Positions 36,613 to 42,521 of a stretch of DNA of 64,000 bases are shown here, piece after piece. Every line of letters starts with the position of its first letter. Positions within the stretch are counted from its first letter, which is position 1. Origin of the DNA: a virus (taxonomy: Duplodnaviria > Caudoviricetes); the IMG/VR virus record IMGVR_UViG_2595698399_000001, positions 1 through 64,000 of that record; one strand, written 5' to 3'. The position numbers and the translations under genes are program-made. The notes beneath the pieces were generated by a model. It saw only the letters and a program-made list of their open reading frames with translations, was not told the DNA's origin and did no database searches.

Positions 36613-36683
36613 TGGAGTAAGCCTAGGTAGGTTAGCACGTCTTATATGCGTGTGGAGATGGGTTCGATTCCCTCTATTCCAAC
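36613..36683 (+). tRNA. tRNA-Ile(UAU), atypical D-arm
   Basis: CACGT-CTTATAT-GCGTG; TGGAGTA/TATTCCA; GGTTCGATTCC. Confidence 0.65.
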
Positions 36684-36704
36684 TATTTATAAAATAAAAA
36701 GATA

Positions 36705-36740
36705 TAAGTTTTTTTATATCAAAAAAAGTTGTATATTTAC
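36705..36740 (+). promoter_or_regulatory. tRNA array 2 promoter (repeat copy 2)
   Basis: TAAGTTTTTTTATATCAAAAAAAGTTGTATATTTAC directly before the leader ATG. Confidence 0.8.
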
Positions 36741-36743
36741 AAT

Positions 36744-36833
36744 ATGAAAACAAACATGACATACAATAATTTCTCTTGGTATTCGAATTGTAGCTTTAGT
36801 AGCTATAATGTCGAGAGGTTGTACTTGTCTTAA
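36744..36833 (+). CDS. attenuator leader peptide 2 (MKTNMTYNNFSWYSNCSFSSYNVERLYLS)
   Basis: Codons 7-22 are exclusively Y/N/F/S/W/C, the amino acids of tRNA array 2. Confidence 0.85.
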   Translation: MKTNMTYNNFSWYSNCSFSSYNVERLYLS

Positions 36834-36882
36834 AAATATATTCATTTCTTTTATTAATTTTTGATTATTAATTTTGATTTTT

Positions 36883-36917
36883 ACCCTCTTGGTCTTTCAT
36901 AGCTAGGAGGGTTTTTT
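36883..36917 (+). terminator. attenuator terminator 2
   Basis: ACCCTCTTGGT/GCTAGGAGGGT stem plus U-run before tRNA-Tyr; leader GTCGAGAGG can pair with CCTCTTGGT. Confidence 0.85.
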
Positions 36918-36930
36918 GTTTTTTATAACT

Positions 36931-37012
36931 TGCAACGTAAAGCTAGTGGTTCTAGCAGGCTGTCTGTAAAACAGTTCTTGAGAGGGGAGTGGTTCGATTC
37001 CGCACGGTGCAA
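36931..37012 (+). tRNA. tRNA-Tyr(GUA)
   Basis: GCTGT-CTGTAAA-ACAGT; long variable arm. Confidence 0.85.
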
Positions 37013-37019
37013 CAATAAT

Positions 37020-37109
37020 GGAAGAGTAAGCCAAGTAGGTCTACTGGTCGCTGTCTTGAAAACAGTTGGGGTTTAAAAGCCCGTGTGGGTTCGAGCCCCA
37101 CTTCTTCCG
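37020..37109 (+). tRNA. tRNA-Ser(UGA)
   Basis: GCTGT-CTTGAAA-ACAGT; long variable arm; G73. Confidence 0.9.
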
Positions 37110-37114
37110 CATTT

Positions 37115-37199
37115 AGAGAGGTGTCTGAGTGGCTTAAGGTACTACTTTGCTAAAGTAGTGGGGTTAACGCCTCCGAGGGTTCGAATCCCTTCTTCTCTA
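37115..37199 (+). tRNA. tRNA-Ser(GCU)
   Basis: CTACT-TTGCTAA-AGTAG; long variable arm. Confidence 0.9.
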
Positions 37200-37208
37200 C
37201 AAACACAC

Positions 37209-37280
37209 GGCTAGGTAGCTCAGAGGAAGAGCAGGCGCCTGTTAAGCGTCAGGTCGAGATATCGTAATTCTCCCTAGCCT
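37209..37280 (+). tRNA. tRNA-Asn(GUU), non-canonical T-loop
   Basis: GGCGC-CTGTTAA-GCGTC; GGCTAGG/CCTAGCC; T-loop ATCGTAA. Confidence 0.85.
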
Positions 37281-37287
37281 CTTTAAT

Positions 37288-37359
37288 ATGTCTCAGCATA
37301 AGGTATGCAGTCGGTCTCCAAAACCGTACATGGACAAGGTTCGATTCCTTGGGGGCGTG
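37288..37359 (+). tRNA. tRNA-Trp(CCA)
   Basis: CGGT-CTCCAAA-ACCG; CAAGG-TTCGATT-CCTTG; G73. Confidence 0.85.
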
Positions 37360-37439
37360 CAATAAAACAACAGAGCATCCTATAATGTAAAGGAGCCGCC
37401 ATAAAATCCGAGAGAAGGTCTTGGCTGTTGTTTTTTAAT

Positions 37440-37512
37440 GCGTTAGAAGCTAACTTGGTAGAAGCACTGGCTTGAAATCCCAGAGGAGTAGGTTCGATTC
37501 CTACCTATCGCA
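37440..37512 (+). tRNA. tRNA-Phe(GAA)
   Basis: Loop TTGAAAT in a CTGG/CCAG stem; GTAGG-TTCGATT-CCTAC. Confidence 0.85.
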
Positions 37513-37517
37513 CTTAT

Positions 37518-37589
37518 ATCGGAGATCCTGACGGAGAAGGGGCCTGTCTGCAAAACTGCGCTATACCGGTTCAATTCCGGTCTCCGATT
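37518..37589 (+). tRNA. tRNA-Cys(GCA)
   Basis: Loop CTGCAAA; ATCGGAG/CTCCGAT; U73. Confidence 0.8.
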
Positions 37590-37640
37590 CTTATGTTTGT
37601 ATTTTTCGTACCTTTACTACTTAACGTTAAACAAACAACA

Positions 37641-37934
37641 ATGAGAAGAACTACAAGAAAAACTGTGCCAACTAATAAAACTGCGCCTAAGAAAAACGTA
37701 ACAATCAAATCTGATAAGAGTAGTGTTGCAAGTACCAAGGCTAAAAAATACACTGTTAAGACAAGTGGCAAGCTTAAGAAAGAAGAAGAAGCTAGAGGAA
37801 CTAGGGGTCGTAATGACGCCAATAGATCTGCAGCCTTTAAGAAAGATGTAGAGAAGGCCGGAGGTATGAGTGCATATACTAAGAAATTAACTGATGCAAA
37901 GAAGAGGGTCAAGAAGAATCCAACAAGAATCTAA
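37641..37934 (+). CDS. highly basic Lys/Arg/Thr-rich protein (start probably MRRTTRK)
   Basis: Part of ORF 37593..37934; ATG after A-rich AAACAAACAACA and a TACCTTTA box. Confidence 0.6.
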   Translation: MRRTTRKTVPTNKTAPKKNVTIKSDKSSVASTKAKKYTVKTSGKLKKEEEARGTRGRNDANRSAAFKKDVEKAGGMSAYTKKLTDAKKRVKKNPTRI

Positions 37935-37946
37935 TATAAAACAGTA

Positions 37947-37983
37947 TAAGTTTTTTTATATCAAAAAAAAGTTGTATATTTAC
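37947..37983 (+). promoter_or_regulatory. tRNA array 3 promoter (repeat copy 3)
   Basis: TAAGTTTTTTTATATCAAAAAAAAGTTGTATATTTAC directly before the leader ATG. Confidence 0.8.
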
Positions 37984-37986
37984 AAT

Positions 37987-38076
37987 ATGAACGTAACGCT
38001 ATTACATCAAGAGCCCTTAGAACAACTTCGATTACCATCGAGGGTGCCTTATTATGGGATTGATGAACTATCATAG
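37987..38076 (+). CDS. attenuator leader peptide 3 (MNVTLLHQEPLEQLRLPSRVPYYGIDELS)
   Basis: Codons 5-17 are exclusively L/H/Q/E/P/R, the amino acids of tRNA array 3. Confidence 0.85.
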   Translation: MNVTLLHQEPLEQLRLPSRVPYYGIDELS

Positions 38077-38100
38077 TTTACAACGCACAATATCCTATTA

Positions 38101-38136
38101 AGAGCCCCTTTGGTATAAACCATTGGGGCTTTTTTT
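38101..38136 (+). terminator. attenuator terminator 3
   Basis: AGAGCCCC-TTTGGTATAAACCATT-GGGGCTTT plus U-run 4 nt before tRNA-Pro; leader 38038-38062 is complementary to 38088-38113. Confidence 0.85.
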
Positions 38137-38140
38137 ATTT

Positions 38141-38212
38141 CGAGTAGTGACAAAATTGGCACGTGCCGACCTTGGACGTCGGAGAATGCAGGTTCGATCC
38201 CTGCCTACTCGA
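38141..38212 (+). tRNA. tRNA-Pro(UGG)
   Basis: CCGAC-CTTGGAC-GTCGG; CGAGTAG/CTACTCG. Confidence 0.9.
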
Positions 38213-38221
38213 CTTTGATTT

Positions 38222-38296
38222 GCTATCGTCTTCTAAATGGAATAGGAATCCACCCTTTCAAGGTGTGCAATGCGAGTTCAAGTCTCGTCGATAGTA
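38222..38296 (+). tRNA. tRNA-Glu(UUC), distinct sequence from copies A/B
   Basis: CACC-CTTTCAA-GGTG; GCTATCG/CGATAGT. Confidence 0.88.
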
Positions 38297-38342
38297 CGAA
38301 GGTTGTTTGCTAGTATCTCCCAACAAAGTAGAAACTAGACAT

Positions 38343-38414
38343 TGGAGTATGATGTAACGGTTAGCATGACTGGTTTTGAGCCAGTTCGTCGGGGTTCGAA
38401 TCCCTGTACTCCAT
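38343..38414 (+). tRNA. tRNA-Gln(UUG)
   Basis: ACTGG-TTTTGAG-CCAGT; TGGAGTA/TACTCCA. Confidence 0.9.
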
Positions 38415-38425
38415 CTTATAAGAGT

Positions 38426-38499
38426 CCTCCGTTGCGCCAAATTGGAAAGGCGGTCAAGCTGTGAACTTGATTACATGGGTTCGATTCCCATACGGTTGT
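38426..38499 (+). tRNA. tRNA-His(GUG), mismatched acceptor stem
   Basis: TCAAG-CTGTGAA-CTTGA; ATGGG-TTCGATT-CCCAT. Confidence 0.75.
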
Positions 38500-38538
38500 C
38501 CAACACGGGGTAGTGTCATAATGTCATACCCCTTTTAT

Positions 38539-38621
38539 GCCGGAGTGAGTAAAAAAGAGAATGGCAGATCATTGGGTCTTAGAAACCCAGACTTTTGGGG
38601 GTTCGAATCCCTCCTCCGGTA
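38539..38621 (+). tRNA. tRNA-Leu(UAG), atypical (short variable arm, long D region)
   Basis: TGGGT-CTTAGAA-ACCCA; GCCGGAG/CTCCGGT; A73. Confidence 0.75.
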
Positions 38622-38630
38622 CTTATTAAT

Positions 38631-38713
38631 GCATCCATGGTGGAAAGGGCTATACACTACAGGCTTAAAACCTGTCGCCGAAAGGATTGGGGGTTCGAAT
38701 CCCTCTGGATGCA
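38631..38713 (+). tRNA. tRNA-Leu(UAA)
   Basis: ACAGG-CTTAAAA-CCTGT; long variable arm; GCATCCA/TGGATGC. Confidence 0.9.
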
Positions 38714-38720
38714 CTTTCAC

Positions 38721-38792
38721 ACTTCTATAGCTTAACGGAAAAGCGTTCCGCTACGAACGGATAGATTGGGGGTTCGAATCCCTCTAGAAGTT
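38721..38792 (+). tRNA. tRNA-Arg(ACG)
   Basis: TCCG-CTACGAA-CGGA; ACTTCTA/TAGAAGT. Confidence 0.9.
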
Positions 38793-38800
38793 CTTAAACA

Positions 38801-38832
38801 AAAAAAGCCATCTAATTAAAGGTGGCTTTCTT
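38801..38832. terminator. terminator closing tRNA array 3 (probably bidirectional)
   Basis: AAAAAAGCCATCT-AATTAA-AGGTGGCTTTCTT. Confidence 0.7.
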
Positions 38833-38853
38833 ATTTTCAACTGGTGGTTGGTG

Positions 38854-39006
38854 CTAGGCTAATTTGGATTTGCCCCTAATTTTAAAAGATAGGGCATCCT
38901 TCACCTTGCTATTTTTTCGTTTATAAACTCGAGCAGTCGAATCTTCTTTCTTAGAATCCAACTTACTATTCTTCTTACTTTCTATTTTATGGTCTTTATA
39001 TCTCAT
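38854..39006 (-). CDS. small basic protein (50 aa, MRYKDHKIESKKNSK...IRGKSKLA)
   Basis: Read manually; converges on the 38801-38832 terminator. Confidence 0.4.
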   Translation of the reverse strand: MRYKDHKIESKKNSKLDSKKEDSTARVYKRKNSKVKDALSFKIRGKSKLA

Positions 39007-39583
39007 ATCTTATCTCGGGGCTAGGTTATCTATATTCTATTATATCTATATTTATTATCTAATAATATACTTTAGGTAATCCTCTCTGGATATAGCTTCG
39101 CTAAAGAGTAAAACCCGTTAGAGTGATACAATTTAGACGAAAACATATAACTTAATTTGGTTTAGAAGCTTGCGCTCTTTAGTATAAACCTCCTGTTATA
39201 ATGGGAGCCATAAATGGCGGAGGAATTGCCTCTCTTACTCCAAACACTCCTCAGTGTTCCTTCGCTCGAATAACTATCTTAGCACGCCTATCCTTGGCCA
39301 GAACGATATGTAGCCCGACTAACTACTTCCCTATTCGCTAGGTTCTTTATCTTCGGTACTTAGTTTGAGTAAGTCAAACCCTTAGAAACTCTTCGTATGT
39401 AATATGTTGTAAATATAGTAAAAATAAAGCGTGTATGCAAATATACAAATAATTATTTTATACTTTTTTACCCCCCCCAAATAATTTAATTATGTAAAAC
39501 GCTAATAGTCAACAACTTATAAAATAAATTAAAAATAATTGAAAATAAATTAGGTTTAACAGACTTTATGTACTATCTTTGTA

Positions 39584-39814
39584 ATGAGCAAAACAAAAAC
39601 AATTTGTATTATGAAAGATTTTATAGGCGTAGGATTAAAGATTGGAGATAAGGTAGGATTTGTTGTACCGAGGTACAGAACCCTTAAAGAGGGTACTATA
39701 TTAAAACTAGGTAATAAGATGGCCACCATAGGATATCCTGATAGCAAAGGAAAAGAAGTTAAGGTTACTAGATACTACTCACAAGTAGTTTTCGTAGGGA
39801 GTGCCACTAAGTAA
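39584..39814 (+). CDS. small SH3/KOW-like hypothetical protein
   Basis: KDFIGVGLKIGDKVGF...GTILKLGNKM. Confidence 0.6.
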   Translation: MSKTKTICIMKDFIGVGLKIGDKVGFVVPRYRTLKEGTILKLGNKMATIGYPDSKGKEVKVTRYYSQVVFVGSATK

Positions 39815-39843
39815 TCAAATAAAATAATCAAAAATTAATAAAG

Positions 39844-40557
39844 ATGGATAATAAGAAATACGTAGCATACTACAGGGCGTCGACAGAAAGCCAAAGAGAT
39901 GGAATAGGTCTAGAAGTTCAAAAGAGTTCGGTAGAGGCGTTTGTTAAGTCTTACGGCGGAACTATAGTAGAAGAGGTTAGCGAGATAATCTCGGGTGGGG
40001 CCCAAGTTCGAGAAGGATTTGATAAGGCATTAGAACTTTGTAAGAAACACTCTGCGGTATTACTGGTTCACCGCATAGATAGATTATCTAGAGCAGGGTT
40101 TATGACCATAGCAAAGCTAGAGGAGAAGGGTGTTCCTTTTATAGAAGCTGATTCACCTCACGATAGCGAGTTCTCTAAAAACATCAAGTTCTTAATTGCT
40201 AAAGAAGAAAAAGATAAAACTCAGAGAAGGGTAAAAGACGCCTTAGGCCAGATAAAGGCCAATATAGAATCTGACGGATACCATATTACTAAAGCCGGTG
40301 ATCGAATCACTTCTTTAGGCAACCCTCAGAATCTCTCTGATATGGCCAGAGAGCGCTCTAAAGTAATTAGAAAGGCAAAGGCCATTGCTAACGAGAACAA
40401 CCGTAGAGCGTACGCTATGGCATCTAGAATGAAGTCTAACAAGAGTACTTTAAAGCAGATAGCAGATTACCTTAATAAAAACGGATTTGAAACATCTAAA
40501 GGAAATAAATTTTACCCAATACAAGTAAGCAACTTAATCAAATTATATGAAAACTAA
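39844..40557 (+). CDS. serine recombinase (resolvase-type catalytic domain with C-terminal DNA-binding helix)
   Basis: YVAYYRASTESQ (catalytic Ser), EIISG, IDRLSR, TLKQIADYLNKNGFETSKG. Confidence 0.9.
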   Translation: MDNKKYVAYYRASTESQRDGIGLEVQKSSVEAFVKSYGGTIVEEVSEIISGGAQVREGFDKALELCKKHSAVLLVHRIDRLSRAGFMTIAKLEEKGVPFIEADSPHDSEFSKNIKFLIAKEEKDKTQRRVKDALGQIKANIESDGYHITKAGDRITSLGNPQNLSDMARERSKVIRKAKAIANENNRRAYAMASRMKSNKSTLKQIADYLNKNGFETSKGNKFYPIQVSNLIKLYEN

Positions 40558-40729
40558 TATGAAAGTTAATATAGAGAATTTAATCGATAAGAGTCCTAGG
40601 GAGTTGAACATCCTTAAGAAAGAGTATTTAGATAACATGGATTTCGTAAGCGCTTGCGAGGTAAAGAGCTTCGCTAGGCATTGTACAAAAATAAAAATGT
40701 TGGTGAAAAGGGGGGGTCAAGAACAATAA
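40547..40729 (+). CDS. hypothetical protein
   Basis: 60-aa ORF overlapping the recombinase stop. Confidence 0.4.
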   Translation: MKTNMKVNIENLIDKSPRELNILKKEYLDNMDFVSACEVKSFARHCTKIKMLVKRGGQEQ

Positions 40730-40778
40730 AATAAAAGGGTTATCTTTGTAGTGTAACAAATTATAAACAACACAAACA

Positions 40779-41321
40779 ATGGGAAAAGGAATAGCAGCAT
40801 TATCGTACTTACCTAAAGTAGATATTTTATTCCCTGCAGAAAACGCAGCTTGTTCAACTGACGCTCTTAAAGGGGCAGCATTCTTAGTTTCAAAACTACA
40901 AGCAAACGGTACCGCAGACGGAACATACTCTAACTTAATATCAAAAGGTAACTCTCCTTACAGCACATCTAAGTGGACTGTAGTGGTAGCAGACTCAGGA
41001 ACTACATTTACATGTACTTTCGTAGAAGAAGAAACAGTTCAATCAGGGGCTAGCGGTAGATCTGCATTGACTACAAGACGTCCTGTAAGTTTAGTTAGAG
41101 CTACCGGAGGTACTTTCGACTTTAACACAAGGTCAGTATTGGCACTTATAAACTTCATTGAGAAGATGGAGGATAAGGTAGCACAGACAGCCGACGATAA
41201 CGCAGGAGATGGCACTTTAACAGAGCTGACTCTAAGAGGGTTCACACCTTTCGACGCATTTGTTTGGACTATCACTAAGCTAGACGATGTATATACAGTA
41301 GTGTCTACAGAAGGATCATAA
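40779..41321 (+). CDS. hypothetical protein, possibly an abundant virion protein
   Basis: Own TATCTTTG box, A-rich leader, own terminator; Ala/Thr/Gly-rich. Confidence 0.6.
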   Translation: MGKGIAALSYLPKVDILFPAENAACSTDALKGAAFLVSKLQANGTADGTYSNLISKGNSPYSTSKWTVVVADSGTTFTCTFVEEETVQSGASGRSALTTRRPVSLVRATGGTFDFNTRSVLALINFIEKMEDKVAQTADDNAGDGTLTELTLRGFTPFDAFVWTITKLDDVYTVVSTEGS

Positions 41322-41342
41322 TAACATAAACACCAACCAACC

Positions 41343-41377
41343 AAAGAGTTAAGGCCAAAAGCTTTAGCTCTTTTTTC
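41343..41377 (+). terminator. intrinsic terminator
   Basis: AAAGAGTTAAGGC-CAAAA-GCTTTAGCTCTTTTTT. Confidence 0.75.
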
Positions 41378-41415
41378 ATTTGTATATGTCAGGTAAATTA
41401 CTTACCTTTACTACA

Positions 41416-41961
41416 ATGGATGACAAATTAATTAAAAGGAGAGAGCACGAAGGCTTCGTCCATGAGAGGATAACAGAAGATATCTTATTTAAAAGGATGG
41501 CATTAAAGAAGCAGAAAGATTATAAGAAGAAGGTAAGGGTTGCTAATTTAGATTACAACTTCTTGCAGTACTCTTATATGGTAAGGGAGTGGGCTAAGAG
41601 AAACCACAACCTGACAGATAGGCAGATAGGGATACTCTTCTACATATATCCACTACAAATATTTACAGTCCAACAATTTAAAGACGCTATTAAAGAGATG
41701 GGAATAAGTGATTATACTCAGTTCGGAAAATTACGTAAAGAGGGTTGGATAATAGAGTGGGCCAAATCTGAGAGAATAAAGTACTTCGTATTAAGCCACA
41801 AAGGAAACGAGCTAATGAAGAGGTGCCACAAGATGTTCATGTTGGAGGAGGAGATACCAATGAGCGCTAGGAGAAATGTAATAGTGAGGAGTAACAAAAA
41901 AGCAGACGAAGGGTTAATAGGGCTTTTCAAATTATTTAACGACAAAGTAAAAAACAAGTAG
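41416..41961 (+). CDS. winged-helix (MarR-like) DNA-binding protein
   Basis: LTDRQIGILFYI...KLRKEGWI...FVLSHKG; start probably MDDKL. Confidence 0.55.
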   Translation: MDDKLIKRREHEGFVHERITEDILFKRMALKKQKDYKKKVRVANLDYNFLQYSYMVREWAKRNHNLTDRQIGILFYIYPLQIFTVQQFKDAIKEMGISDYTQFGKLRKEGWIIEWAKSERIKYFVLSHKGNELMKRCHKMFMLEEEIPMSARRNVIVRSNKKADEGLIGLFKLFNDKVKNK

Positions 41962-41962
41962 T

Positions 41963-42424
41963 ATGGCAACAGCAAAAAACAGTAAAGCAAAGACAACAGC
42001 AGCGACAAAGGCAGAAGATAAGGTAGAGGCTAGCCACAAAGCTAAGCTAAAGGAGGTAGACAACACTCCGGAGAAGTTAGAAAGTGACAGATTAAGCAAC
42101 ATCGCAAAAACGTGTCACGAGGTGAACCGAGCGTATTGCGAGGGTCATAATGATATGTCACAAGCCCCTTGGGAAGAGGTTCCAGATAATATTAAAAACT
42201 CTGCTATAGACGGTGTTAAGTTCGCACTAGCTAATCCAAAAGCAACATCAAAATCTATGCACGACAACTGGCTTGCGTTTAAGATAGAAGACGGTTGGGT
42301 GTACGGAGAGACTAAAGATATTGAGAAAAAAGAACACAATTGTTTAGTTGCATATGAGGAACTTCCTCTAGCTCAGAGGGTTAAAGACAGTTTGTTCCTA
42401 ACAGTAGTTAGAAGTTTTGAGTAA
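41963..42424 (+). CDS. RyR-domain protein
   Basis: HDNWLAFKIEDGWVYGETKD.EKKEHNCLVAYEELP..QRVKD. Confidence 0.8.
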   Translation: MATAKNSKAKTTAATKAEDKVEASHKAKLKEVDNTPEKLESDRLSNIAKTCHEVNRAYCEGHNDMSQAPWEEVPDNIKNSAIDGVKFALANPKATSKSMHDNWLAFKIEDGWVYGETKDIEKKEHNCLVAYEELPLAQRVKDSLFLTVVRSFE

Positions 42425-42521
42425 TATAAACCTATTTTAGAAAGGAGGTTAACTAGAGGCAAGGGGGGTTCATTTATGTTCCTCCCTTTTTTTGTACCTT
42501 TACATTAAAATTTATATAAAT

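Noticed and set aside
35283-38136. T-box riboswitches as the explanation for the terminators before the tRNA arrays
   Set aside because: The leaders are too short, lack the T-box UGGNACC bulge and stem I, and instead contain translated-looking ORFs with matching codons.
35314-38730. Track ORFs overlapping tRNA genes (35314..35496, 35762..35959, 36541..36762, 38258..38440, 38461..38730, 38535..38720)
   Set aside because: They are explained by tRNA sequence. Only the 3' half of 37894..38076 (from ATG 37987) is kept, as leader 3.
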